The position numbers and the translations under genes are program-made. Below the pieces are notes generated by a model. That model ran no database searches. It had not been told where the DNA came from and was given only the letters and a program-made list of their open reading frames with translations. 64,000 nucleotides of DNA, taken from NCBI GenBank assembly GCA_963794325.1, contig CAWCDG010000003.1, forward strand, positions 192,001 through 256,000. Reading direction: 5' to 3'. Of the stretch, positions 11,192 to 21,419 are shown one piece after another (position 1 is the first letter of the stretch; every line of letters begins with the position of its first letter). The DNA is from an uncultured delta proteobacterium. Its GTDB lineage: Bacteria > Desulfobacterota > Binatia > Binatales > Binataceae.

Positions 11192-11556
11192 GCCGCATCA
11201 TCGCACTCGGATTAATCCGCGATTTATTCTTTCGCGCGAAAATCGACGCAGTCGCCGCTGCGCTCGGTGCCGAGGTCGAATACGCGTCGTCGCTCGACGC
11301 TGTCGCCCCACGATGTGCCGCGACGCATCCCGCGATCATCTTCACCGATCTCTCCGACAGCGCATTTCCCGCCCTTGAAACTCTGACGCAAATCCGCGCC
11401 GCAGCACCGCACGTTCGGGTGATCGGATTCGCGTCGCACGTCGATCTGAAATCTCTCAAGGCGGCCCGCGAGTCCGGCTACGATTTGACACTCTCCCGCA
11501 GCGAATTCACCGCCCAACTCCCGATCATGCTGAAAGCATCCGCTTCTTCAATCTGA
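11188..11556 (+). CDS. Atypical stand-alone receiver-like protein
   Basis: CheY-like pattern DLFF..KI / IFTDL / GFASHVD / LSRS; ATGA overlap with thiO. Confidence 0.6.
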   Translation: MSRIIALGLIRDLFFRAKIDAVAAALGAEVEYASSLDAVAPRCAATHPAIIFTDLSDSAFPALETLTQIRAAAPHVRVIGFASHVDLKSLKAARESGYDLTLSRSEFTAQLPIMLKASASSI

Positions 11557-11572
11557 CTGTTAGTTCCCGCGA

Positions 11573-12376
11573 CTACACGCGCCGTGCGACGAACCGTGCC
11601 TGAGCTATCTTGCCCGCGCGCGCCATCTCGTGGAGAAAGCGAAACCCATCGACCAGTGTCTCCAGGAGTTCCGCGCGGAACGCGAGGGTTCGCAACACGT
11701 CATAAGTGAGTTGCATCTCGATCATCTTGAGGTACAAGTCGAAATGCGAAGCGAACCGCCTAGTGTCTTCCGCGACGCGCACCTCGCAGCCGCTTGCCGT
11801 CAGCAGCTTGGCGTAGCCTGCAATATCCTCGACGTTCGCGATCGTCATCATCCCAAGGAAGCGCTGCGCCTCGGCGTCGTTCAGTCCCGCCGGCCCTTCA
11901 ACCCAGTCCGTGAACGCGATCACGCCTCCGGGGCGAACGATGCGTGCCGTCTCCGCAATCAACCTTGGCTTGTCAGCGACGTAGCACCACGCATCCTCGC
12001 TCCATACGAAATCCGCGCTGGCCGAGGGCAGGCCGCTCTGACAGGCGTCAGCGTGCACTAACCGGATCGTATCGTCCAGACCTTCTTCATGAGTCAGCCG
12101 CCGCCCGCGCTCGACCACGGCCTCGGTCGCATCGACGCCCACTATCGACGCGACGCCTCGGAAGCGAACCAGGAAACGCATTCCAGCGCCGTTGCAGCAG
12201 CAGAGATCGACCCCGCTCGATCCGGCCGCGATTCCCGCCCGTTCGGCCAGATCAATCGACGCTTTCATTCCTCCGATGTGAAGTTGCTGTCCAAACACCA
12301 GTTGCATGAAATCGCCCTGCGTACCGCTGTACACCGCGACGACATCCGCCAACCCGACACCTCTAATGGACTTCAC
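11573..12376 (-). CDS. Class I SAM-dependent methyltransferase (sarcosine/dimethylglycine-MT-like), Cys-rich motif I
   Basis: QLHIGG, VDLCCCNGAG, GVDAT, ADA, DFVWSEDAWCY, VRPGG..AFTDW; GTGA overlap with arsM stop. Confidence 0.8.
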   Translation of the reverse strand: MKSIRGVGLADVVAVYSGTQGDFMQLVFGQQLHIGGMKASIDLAERAGIAAGSSGVDLCCCNGAGMRFLVRFRGVASIVGVDATEAVVERGRRLTHEEGLDDTIRLVHADACQSGLPSASADFVWSEDAWCYVADKPRLIAETARIVRPGGVIAFTDWVEGPAGLNDAEAQRFLGMMTIANVEDIAGYAKLLTASGCEVRVAEDTRRFASHFDLYLKMIEMQLTYDVLRTLAFRAELLETLVDGFRFLHEMARAGKIAQARFVARRV

Positions 12377-13176
12377 GGCTTGCGCGCTCGCACGAATGCG
12401 CTCATGAACTTGCCGTCCGCCATCTGGACGATTCTCTCCACGCTTTTGTTGTCCCCGAACAATGCCTTCGCGTCAGCCGCGGTGTAGATTCGCGTCGGCT
12501 CGACGTCGATCTGTTCGAATCCCGCCGCCCCGAGCTTCGCGCGATACTCGGATTCCTCCAGTGCGCCCGCGATACATCCGGCCCACAACTCGACGCTGCG
12601 GCGGACGTCCGCCGGCATCTCGCCGCGCACCACGATATCCGAAACTGCGAATCGCCCGCCCGGCTTGAGCACCCGGAAAGCCTCGCGCAGCACCCGGTCC
12701 TTGTCGGTCGATAGATTGACCACGCAGTTCGAGATAATCACATCGACGGAATTTTCCGGCAGCGGAATATACTCGATCTCGCCTTTCAGAAATTCGACAT
12801 TCTGGACGCCCGCTTTGCGCTGGTTGTCGCGTGCGAGTGCGAGCATCTCGTCGGTCATGTCCAGTCCGTAGGCCTTGCCGGTTGGTCCTACTCTCCGCGC
12901 CGAGAGGATCACGTCGATCCCGCCGCCCGATCCAAGATCGAGCACCGTCTCGCCCGGCTTCAGCTCGGCAAGTGCGGTCGGATTCCCGCATCCGAGCGAT
13001 GCTGCAAGCGCCGCGGCTGGGATCGACTCTTTCTCTCCGTCGGCGTAGAGATTCGACGTGATCGGGTTGATCGCAGGTGCCGCGGTACCGCAGCACGCGC
13101 CGCCCTGGTTTGCGACACGAGTCGCCGCTTGCGCGTACTCCTTCCTGACCGTCTCCCTTATCGATTCATTGCTCAT
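12373..13176 (-). CDS. arsM: Arsenite S-adenosylmethionine methyltransferase
   Basis: N-terminal ACCG, SLGCGNPTALA, LDLGSGGGID, ISNCVVNLS, WAGCIAGAL (conserved ArsM cysteines); RBS GGAGGT before ATG 13176. Confidence 0.93.
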   Translation of the reverse strand: MSNESIRETVRKEYAQAATRVANQGGACCGTAAPAINPITSNLYADGEKESIPAAALAASLGCGNPTALAELKPGETVLDLGSGGGIDVILSARRVGPTGKAYGLDMTDEMLALARDNQRKAGVQNVEFLKGEIEYIPLPENSVDVIISNCVVNLSTDKDRVLREAFRVLKPGGRFAVSDIVVRGEMPADVRRSVELWAGCIAGALEESEYRAKLGAAGFEQIDVEPTRIYTAADAKALFGDNKSVERIVQMADGKFMSAFVRARKP

Positions 13177-13201
13177 GGTAACCTCCAATATTTCGATCCA
13201 G

Positions 13202-13756
13202 TTAGATTGATGCATTCCGCGCGATTGCATTCGAAGAAGGCGTCAGCGCGAGACGTCGATGCCATCGATTCAGAGCGTTGAGTATCAGCGGGACTCCGAT
13301 CGCGCTGGGTATTAGCCAGTACGCAACGTGCGGAAGATCCCTCCACAGCGGCAGGTTCTTACCGTTATCCACGTAAAACGCGGTGAACATCAGAATGTAC
13401 GACACGCCCATCCCGCTAACATGAAAGTCGACCCATCGATGCCACAACTGTCGCCGCGCGAGACGACCGACGTGAGCCGCCGCAAAGGAAAGTGCGCCGA
13501 GAATAAACAGGTAATAGTCCTGAGCCCATCGCATCGCGGCCAGCATCGACGCGGTCGCAAACAGCGCGCAGAGGCTCCAGTAGTACAAAGTCCCGGATCG
13601 CGGATGCCGCCCGCGGCGTTTTGTACTCAGCATGGCGACGACTCCGAGAACCACGCACTCCAGGCCGAGCAGGACGTGAATACTCAACACACCGATGAAG
13701 ACCGGAGAGTCCGACGGCAGCGGGAATCCACCGAATGTTTTCAAGGTGGCGTCCAT
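13202..13756 (-). CDS. DUF2306-like membrane protein in ars operon
   Basis: Five TM segments with H..G, KRRGRH..SG..Y, H..GMG.SY..M.TAF.VDN motifs; ATG immediately after arsR stop. Confidence 0.65.
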   Translation of the reverse strand: MDATLKTFGGFPLPSDSPVFIGVLSIHVLLGLECVVLGVVAMLSTKRRGRHPRSGTLYYWSLCALFATASMLAAMRWAQDYYLFILGALSFAAAHVGRLARRQLWHRWVDFHVSGMGVSYILMFTAFYVDNGKNLPLWRDLPHVAYWLIPSAIGVPLILNALNRWHRRLALTPSSNAIARNASI

Positions 13757-13757
13757 T

Positions 13758-14087
13758 TCACTTCTTGCCACTGGCGGAGCGCCTGGGCGCCGCGCCGAGA
13801 GTCGTGTGAAGCTCGGCGCAGCAGTCTTCGGTCATGAACCGGATGAGTTTCGCAGTCTTGGCCCAATCGATTGCGTAATAGATAAATCGTCCCGAGCGAC
13901 GCGCCGTCAGCAGACCGCATCGCGTTAATGCATCGAGGTGATGTGATAACGTTGAACCCGGCATCCGGACGCGGCGCTTGATCTCGTCGACGCATTTCCC
14001 CTGCGGCCCGGCCCGGACCAGCAGCCGAAAGATCTCGAGGCGGTCCTTCTGCCCGAGCGCGTTAAATTGTTCGACGTAAGCTTTCAC
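13758..14087 (-). CDS. arsR: ArsR/SmtB family repressor with C-terminal Cys pair
   Basis: ALGQKDRLEIFRLLVRAGPQG, STLSHHL..L...GL, GRFIYY, C-terminal LIRFMTEDCC. Confidence 0.9.
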   Translation of the reverse strand: MKAYVEQFNALGQKDRLEIFRLLVRAGPQGKCVDEIKRRVRMPGSTLSHHLDALTRCGLLTARRSGRFIYYAIDWAKTAKLIRFMTEDCCAELHTTLGAAPRRSASGKK

Positions 14088-14089
14088 TA

Positions 14090-14109
14090 CGACAATACTA
14101 GTATTGTCG
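14090..14109. promoter_or_regulatory. Perfect 20-bp palindrome, probable ArsR operator overlapping the -10 box
   Basis: CGACAATACTAGTATTGTCG is self-complementary, ends 2 bp from the arsR GTG and contains TAGTAT 7 nt upstream of the start codon. Confidence 0.8.
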
Positions 14110-14431
14110 AAATGATTACAGCAAGAGCCTTCGGCACTGGTTCCAGTTAACGAGGAATCGCTATCTTAAGGGATAGAAAAACATATCGCTGACAAAATCG
14201 CGCGCCGCTGCCGGCAGCTGACTCTCCGAAGCATCGGGTGTCGCTTGCTTCAATCAGCCAGTCGTTCAAAATATAAGAGTTGCTCAGAGAGTGACGTCCG
14301 GTTCGCGCTTCCTGAAGGATCGAACCGGGCGGCGGAGGAGGCGTCCGCGCCGCTGGGCGCGTGGAGTCGTGGACGGCTTCGCCCCCGATTCTGCTGATGG
14401 AATCGCCCGGGAGGGCCATGGAGTCATTGGT

Positions 14432-15850
14432 GTGAAGGCTCAGACCGCTTTGGGATCAATTGCGTTGATGGTGTGTGCGCTGGTGACCATGGTGCCCTCG
14501 ACGGCGTTCGCAGGGCCAGCCAATAACAAACAAGGTCCGCCACCCAGCTTCCCGGTCAACCTCGACGGCTTCGGCGCGCCATTACCAGCCATTGCGAGAA
14601 GCACTTCAGATCTGGGAATTTTCGCCAACGCGCAGCTCAACTTCAAACACATAATCACCCTGCCGGAACTGGGACCGATCTTCGACGGCACCACCTGTGC
14701 TGCATGCCATTCGCAACCGACTACAGGCGGCGGCGGCTTATTTATCGACGAGGTGCGGGTGCGCAACAACCCGTCCGGCGAGCCGGTGCACATCTTTGCC
14801 GTCGATAACATGCTCCGCAACGGCCCGCAGACCCAAGCCGGCATACCAATCTTTCCAGCCGGGATTTCGGCGGAGCCAATCGGATGCCAAATCTCGTCTC
14901 CGGGATGCCAACTGTCGCCCTGCCAGCAGGAAGAGGCAACCAAGACTACGTTCAGTGGCGACCTGCCGACTTGCGATCCGTCCAGCGCCGACTTCGCAAG
15001 CGGCGGCAACTGTGTGAGCGGGCGGGCCGCGCTGCCGCTGTTCGGCGACGGCCTGGTCGAGGCGGTATCGGATCAGACGCTGAGCCAGTTGGCCGCCAGC
15101 GAGCCTTCGTCGGTTCGGGGCGTTATCAAGATGGTTACCGAGAATTTCCTGACCGTTCCACACGTCGGGCGTTTCGGGTGGAAAGACGATCACGGGTTGC
15201 TGCGCGGGTTTGCCGGCGATGCATCCCTGAACGAAATCGGTGTGACCAACCCCGACAACCAAACTGAGAACAGCACTTGCGCGCTTGGCGTGACGCAGTT
15301 CGGCGTCACGCTGGAGGACACCGGCGTCGAAGACACCCCCGGTCCCGACGGTCGCGCCGATATCGACCGGTTTACGGACTTCATCCGTGGGCTCCAGCCG
15401 CCGCCGACGCTTCCGCAGAATGCCTCCGCAAATAACGGCGAGAAACTGTTCAATCAAATTGGATGCGCTGGATGTCATACGCCGACGCTCACGACAGCCT
15501 CCAACCCGACGTCATTCATCCCGCCGTCAACTGGCGGCACACCGATGAGCAAGGGGTATATCCAGGCTCTGTCGCACCAAACCTTTCACCCTTATGCCGA
15601 CTTTCTGTTGCATGACATGGGTTCGCTCGGCGACGGAATAACTTCCGGAACGGCGGGGCCGACGATGATGCGCACGGCGCCGCTATGGGGTGTTCGCGCC
15701 AAGTCGGAGTTGTTGCACGACGGCCGCGCCACCAGCTTGCCGATGGCGATTTCACTGCATGACGGCCAGGGAAAAGCAGCGTCGGAAGCATTCCAGGCGC
15801 TCTCGACATCGCAGCAGCAGGACGTAATCAATTTTCTGAACACGCTCTAG
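14432..15850 (+). CDS. Secreted di-haem c protein (di-haem oxidoreductase DHOR/DUF1111 family)
   Basis: Signal peptide; LGPIFDGTTCAACH and IGCAGCH haem motifs; GRFGWK, DFLLHDMG, RTAPLWG, LLHDGRA. Confidence 0.85.
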   Translation: MKAQTALGSIALMVCALVTMVPSTAFAGPANNKQGPPPSFPVNLDGFGAPLPAIARSTSDLGIFANAQLNFKHIITLPELGPIFDGTTCAACHSQPTTGGGGLFIDEVRVRNNPSGEPVHIFAVDNMLRNGPQTQAGIPIFPAGISAEPIGCQISSPGCQLSPCQQEEATKTTFSGDLPTCDPSSADFASGGNCVSGRAALPLFGDGLVEAVSDQTLSQLAASEPSSVRGVIKMVTENFLTVPHVGRFGWKDDHGLLRGFAGDASLNEIGVTNPDNQTENSTCALGVTQFGVTLEDTGVEDTPGPDGRADIDRFTDFIRGLQPPPTLPQNASANNGEKLFNQIGCAGCHTPTLTTASNPTSFIPPSTGGTPMSKGYIQALSHQTFHPYADFLLHDMGSLGDGITSGTAGPTMMRTAPLWGVRAKSELLHDGRATSLPMAISLHDGQGKAASEAFQALSTSQQQDVINFLNTL

Positions 15851-15933
15851 GCGTAGAAGGGACTGCCGGAGGTTGTAATTCACGCTGCCGCGATCGCGCC
15901 TCGATGATAAGCTGATCCTCGAGGTAACCTGGA

Positions 15934-16722
15934 TTGCGCAACGAGGTCGGGCCGCTGACAACCCTCGAGAAGGTCGGCCTGGCGTTCACGATGACGTGGG
16001 CGGCCGGCTTCGTCGATCTCGTCGGTTACGTCTCCCTTTACGGTCTCTATACCTCACACATGACCGGTAACACGGTTGGGATGGCGCGGCACGTGTCGGA
16101 ACTGGATTGGGTGGGAGTTGTGCGTCGCGGATGGCCGATCGTGACGTTCGTCTTCGGGCTGATGCTCGGCGCGTTCATCTACGAGGCGGAGAAGCGCCGC
16201 AGCATTCAAGTGCCCTTTCCACCCGCCATCGCGCTCGAAGCATTGTTGATCGCGGTCTTCATCGCATGCGGCAGCGGAGCCCATTTCAAAGCCGACATTC
16301 CGCCTCAACCGGCCGGCAGGTTCTTCGTGATGGTGGCGCTGCTGGCGGTTCCGATGGGCATTCAGAACGTGGTGATCAGAAAGGTCGGCGGAATAAACGT
16401 GTACACGACATTCGTCACCGGCACGCTCGTGAAATTCGCCGAGAACCTGTCCGAATATCTCTTTTGGTTCCGCGATCGAACTCACGGCCGTCTGCGCTCG
16501 CGCATCTTGAAGGTGCTAAGAGTCTCACCCCGGCAGGTTACCGCCCAGCGCGCCGCGTTGACGCTTGGCTTTTGGATAATCTACCTGATTGGAGCGGTAT
16601 GCGGCGGCCTTTCGATCCAGCAATGGCGCCTGCTGGCGATGCTGGCACCGTTCGCACTGCTAGTGCTGATCGCACTGTACGGAGCTTTCCGCCCGTTCCT
16701 TGCCCTGCACGAAGAATGGTGA
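15934..16722 (+). CDS. YoaK/DUF1275 family membrane protein
   Basis: AGFVD, TSHMTGN, MGIQN, TTFVTG motifs. Confidence 0.85.
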   Translation: MRNEVGPLTTLEKVGLAFTMTWAAGFVDLVGYVSLYGLYTSHMTGNTVGMARHVSELDWVGVVRRGWPIVTFVFGLMLGAFIYEAEKRRSIQVPFPPAIALEALLIAVFIACGSGAHFKADIPPQPAGRFFVMVALLAVPMGIQNVVIRKVGGINVYTTFVTGTLVKFAENLSEYLFWFRDRTHGRLRSRILKVLRVSPRQVTAQRAALTLGFWIIYLIGAVCGGLSIQQWRLLAMLAPFALLVLIALYGAFRPFLALHEEW

Positions 16723-16801
16723 CCGCTCCCGAGCCTCCTGCCAGTCCCCTGTCAGCATGTCTTTTTCGTGCGATCGCTCCCAAGTGTTATAGTCTCCCGT
16801 C

Positions 16802-19800
16802 ATGCCCACTGCGCTCGACGATTTCCATCCCAGTGTTCGCGCATGGTTCGAGCGGCGCTTCGATGCGCCGTCGCGCGCGCAGGAGCTCGGCTGGCCGGTT
16901 ATCGGCGCCGCAAACGATGCAGTCGGGTACGACGTTTTGCTTTGCGCGCCGACTGGCAGCGGCAAGACGCTCGCCGCCTTCATGTGGGCGATCAACGGTC
17001 TCGTGCTCGACGCCGCGAGCGATCAGCTCCGTGACGAAGTCTCAGTCCTTTACGTTTCCCCGCTGAAGGCGCTCGCCAACGACATCCGCCTCAATCTCGA
17101 GGAGCCGCTCAACGGCGTCCGCGACGTCGGCGCCGAGTCGGGCCTGGATCTCTCGCGCATCCGCGCCGGCCTTCGCACCGGCGACACCTCTGCGAGCGAG
17201 CGCACTGCGATGCTCCGTCGGCCGCCGCATATTCTCGTCACGACCCCCGAGTCGCTGTTTATCCTGCTGACCTCGCCCAAGTTCCGCGAGAAGCTCGCCG
17301 GTGTCCGCCACGTGATCGTCGATGAGCTCCACGCGCTCGCGGGCAACAAGCGCGGTGCACATCTCGCGCTGACGCTGGAGCGTCTCGAACGCTTCGTGAG
17401 CAGTCGTGGGAATGCGCGCCCGAATCGAATCGGCTTGTCGGCCACCTTGAATCCAATCGAAAAGCTTGCGGGATTCCTGGCCGGCTACGATGTAGCCAGC
17501 GACAACTCGCGCACGCCGCGTCCAATCAAAATAGTTCGCGCTGACGACCGCGTTCGCGCGATGGATCTCCAGGTCATCGCGCCGGGGCCCGAGCTTGGGC
17601 CGCTGGCCACCCATCCGCATTGGGAGGCGATGTACGACGAAGTCGCGCGCCTCATCGGCGAGCATCGCACGACCCTCGTGTTCACGCTGAGCCGCCGCCA
17701 TGCGGAGCGCGTCGCCATCAATCTGCAGAAGCGGCTCGGGGCTGACGCCGTGATGGCGCATCATGGCAGCCTCGCTCGCAGTGAGCGATTACTTGCCGAG
17801 CAACGCCTCAAGCGCGGCGAGTTGAAAGCGATCGTCGCGACCGCTTCGCTCGAACTCGGCATCGACGTCGGCGCGGTCGATCTCGTCTGCCAGCTCGATA
17901 CGCCCAAATCCATTTCAGCCGCGATTCAGCGCATCGGCCGCTCCGGACACAGCCTCGGCGCCACCCCCAAGGGCCGCTTCTTCGCGCTCACCACCGACGA
18001 CTTGCTCGAATGCGGTGCTGCGGTGCGCGCGATTCGCCATGGCCATCTCGACGAAGTGGAAATCCCGATGGGATGCATCGATATTGTCGCGCAGCAAATC
18101 GTCGCAATCGCCGCTGAGGATGAGGAAATCTCCGAGGCCGATCTCCTACGCGTTATCCGCCGTGCATACAACTTCGCCGATCTCGACGCCGCCAAACTGC
18201 GTCATCTCCTCGAACAGCTCTCCGCCGAATTGCCCGAGCGGATAATGGGTGCGGCGCCGAAAATTTTCTTCGATCGTGTCAACGCTCGCGTCCGCCCGCG
18301 CCGCTCCGCACGATTGTCGGTGATCACTTCCGGCGGAACGATTCCCGAAGCGGGCAACTACGATGTCGTGATCGAATCCGAAGGACGCAAAGTCGGCGAC
18401 GTCGAAGAGGACTTTGCGCAGGAGTCGTCGCGCGGCGACGTTTTTTCGCTGGGCTCGATGCCCTGGCAGATTCAGCGCATCTCGCGCGGACGCCTGATGG
18501 TCGAGCCGGCGCCCGGGATGGCGCCGACGCTGCCGTTCTGGATCACCGAGGCGGGCGGCCGCTCGCCTGCGATGTCGGCCGAGATAAGCGATCTGCGCCA
18601 CGAGATTTGGAATCGCATCCAGCGCAACGAATCAGCCGAAGACTGGCTGATGACCGAATGCGCGATGAGCGAGCGTGCGGCCACGCAAGCCGCCGACTAC
18701 GTACGTCGCGGAGTCGAGGCGCTCACTGCGATTCCCGACGCGAAGACCGTCGTCATCGAGCGCTTCTTCGACGGCCTCGGCGGTACCCAAATCGTCATCC
18801 ACACGCCGTTCGGTATCCGCTTGAACCGCGGCCTTGGCCTCGCGATTCGAAAGCGCCTGTGCCAGTCGTTCGATTTCGAAATCCAGGCGTCCGCGATCGA
18901 CGATGGCGTGCTGCTCGCGCTGAATTCGCGCCACAGTTTTCCGCTCGACACTCTCTTCAGCATGTTGAAGGCGCGCAACGCTCGCGACGTGCTCGTGCAG
19001 GCTCTGCTGGCGGCGCCGATGTTCGAAGTGCGCTTCCGTCATGTCGCGACCCGCGCGCTTGCGGTCATGCGCTCGTCGCGCGGCAAGAGAGTTCCCGCGT
19101 GGATTCAGCGCCTGCGCTCGCAGGAGCTTTTGTCGTCGATTTTTCCCGGGCAGCAAGCATGCTTCGAGAACCGTCCGGGCGCGATCGAGCTGCCGGACCA
19201 TTTCGTGATCGACGAAACGATCCGCGAGTGCCTCGAGGAATCCACCGATTTGCCGCGCACGATTCAACTGCTTGAGGGAATCGAGAGCGGCGCGATTCGC
19301 ACTGTCGCGGTCGATGCGATCGCGCCATCGGTGTTTGCGCATCGCTTGTTGCTCGCGTGGGACTACTCGTTCCTCGACGACGGCGAGCGCGCCAATCGCC
19401 GCTCGCGCACGGTCACGATGAATCGTGGCATGGCCGAGGACGTTTTCCGCAAAGAGGATCTTTCCGATTTGCTCTCGGCCGATGCGGTCGAAAGCGTCGT
19501 TGCCGAAGTCACGGGCCGCGCCGCTGGACGCAAGCCGCGATCGCGCGACGAGCTGTTCGAACTGATCAAGGCGCACGGCTCGCTGACCTTGTCCGAGATC
19601 GAAGAACGGGTAGACGAGGGTGCGCGCGCGATGATCACTGAGCTGGACGCGGAGGGCAGGCTCGCGCGGGTCAGCGTCAGCAGTCGAATCAGTCGAAAGA
19701 ATTATTGCAACCGAAGATCAACCGCTCTTCGCTGCTGCGTATGCAAGTGCTTCGACCGAGAGAGACGCGGCGCGTATCGAACTCGTCCGGCGCGCAATGA

Positions 19801-21293
19801 AAACCTGCGGACCGACCACCGCCGCTGAAGTCGCGGCGCGATTGCGTCTCAGGGAATCGGACGTCGAGCAAAATCTCGCTTCACTGGAGGGGCAGGGCGC
19901 AATCTTCCGCGGACACTTCACGCGCTCCGACAGTATTCAGTGGTGCGACCGCTACAACCTCGAGCGCATCCATCGGATGACCTTGGCGCGCGTGCGCGCC
20001 GAAATCGAGCCGTGCGCCGATCACGAGTACGCTAGTTTCCGCCTGCGATGGATGCATGTCGGCAGCACTGAGCTTCCCGCCGATCAGACCGGCGTGGCAA
20101 CGGTGCTCGATCAGCTTTCGGGAATCGCCGCGACCCCGGATCTCTGGGAGCATGCGATCCTGCCCGCGCGAATCGCCGGCTATCGTCCCGAGATGCTCGA
20201 CCTGGTTTGCATGAGCGGCCAGATGAAATGGGTCAGCGTGCCGGGAGAGAGCGTCGAAGATACGCCTCCAGTGAGCATCCCGTCGCGAGTCACCTTTATC
20301 CCGCGCAAGGCCAGCCTCTTCGTGCAGGGCAACGAATCCGCGGCTGAAGACCCGAAGGAACAAGCAGTGTTGGAGGCTCTGGGAGCCGCCGGAGCGCAAT
20401 ACCTCGACGAGATTGCCGAGCGCGCGAACGTCTCCGAGCGCGACGCGCTGTCCGCGCTCTGGCAGATGGCCGCGGCAGGACGCGTCAGCAACGACAACTT
20501 CGCGCCGCTCCGGATGTTCTCGGACGACCGCGGCGCCGAGCGCGCGCTCGAGTCCGTCGCGCGCCGCCCGACGAGTCGCCACGACGCCGCGGTCCGCGCG
20601 CGCCTCAAGTCCAGCCTCGCCGGCCGCTGGTCTCTAATCCGCGCCGCTGAAACTCCAGTTGTTGGCGCCGACGAAACCCGCGAGCTCGCGCTCAAGCTGC
20701 TCGAACGTAACGGAATTCTCGCACGCGAAATGCTCACTCTCGAATCGACGCACATCTCGTGGAGCGAAATCTCATTTGCGCTTAGACGGCTCGAATACGG
20801 CGGCGCGATTCGCCGCGGATGGTTCGTGCGCTCGCTTTCCGGCGAGCAGTACGCGCTGCCGGAAGCCGTCGAGATGCTGCACACCGCGCGCACTCTGATT
20901 CCCGCGCGCGAGAAGCCCGTGGCTCTAAGCGCGATCGATCCCGCCAACCCGTACGGTGCGCTCATCCCCGGATGCGGCATCGCACGCGAGGCCGGCAACG
21001 TGATCGTGCTGCGCGCGGGCCGCGTCATCGCCGGATTGCAGGGACGCGCGATGATCACCGGTAGCGACAACGAAAGCGCAGTTGACGACGAGAGTTTCGG
21101 CGCAGCAGTCGCCGCTCTCATGACGTTAAAGCCGCGTATCACCCTTGATTCAATCGACAGCGTCGCCGCGCTCGAATCGCCGCGAGTGGGAATCCTTGCC
21201 GCGATGCGCTTCCATTCCGATGGCCGCTCGCTCGTTTTCGACGGACTGCACGGTCCGGCGCCCGCGAAATCAAAGCGTGCAAATCTAAAGTGA
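16802..21293 (+). CDS. lhr: Lhr family DEAD/DEAH helicase, split by one frameshift near 19685 (ORFs 16802-19828 and 19797-21293)
   Basis: APTGSGKT, SPLKALAND, TTPESL, DELH, GLSAT, HHGSL, QRIGRSGH; C-terminal ORF with LAGRWSL, G.IRRGWF...GEQYALP, DPANPYG. Confidence 0.88.
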
Positions 21294-21419
21294 TACTTGA
21301 GGACTCTTTTTTCAGTACTAAGGCCGCGCTCCGTTGTCGCGCGCGGATCGCAGAAGCTTGAGTTCCTGAGATTGCGTTTTGCCGGTTGATTGGGCGCGCT
21401 CGCGCGCTATTCTGGACGC

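Noticed and set aside
13183-13215. Second ArsR operator just upstream of arsM
   Set aside because: AT-rich with only weak dyad symmetry (TTCGAT...TTGATG); not enough support
14110-14431. Structured ncRNA or riboswitch in the long leader of the di-haem gene
   Set aside because: A hairpin (CCGGTTCG...CGAACCGG) exists but matches no family I recognise; an Rfam scan would be needed
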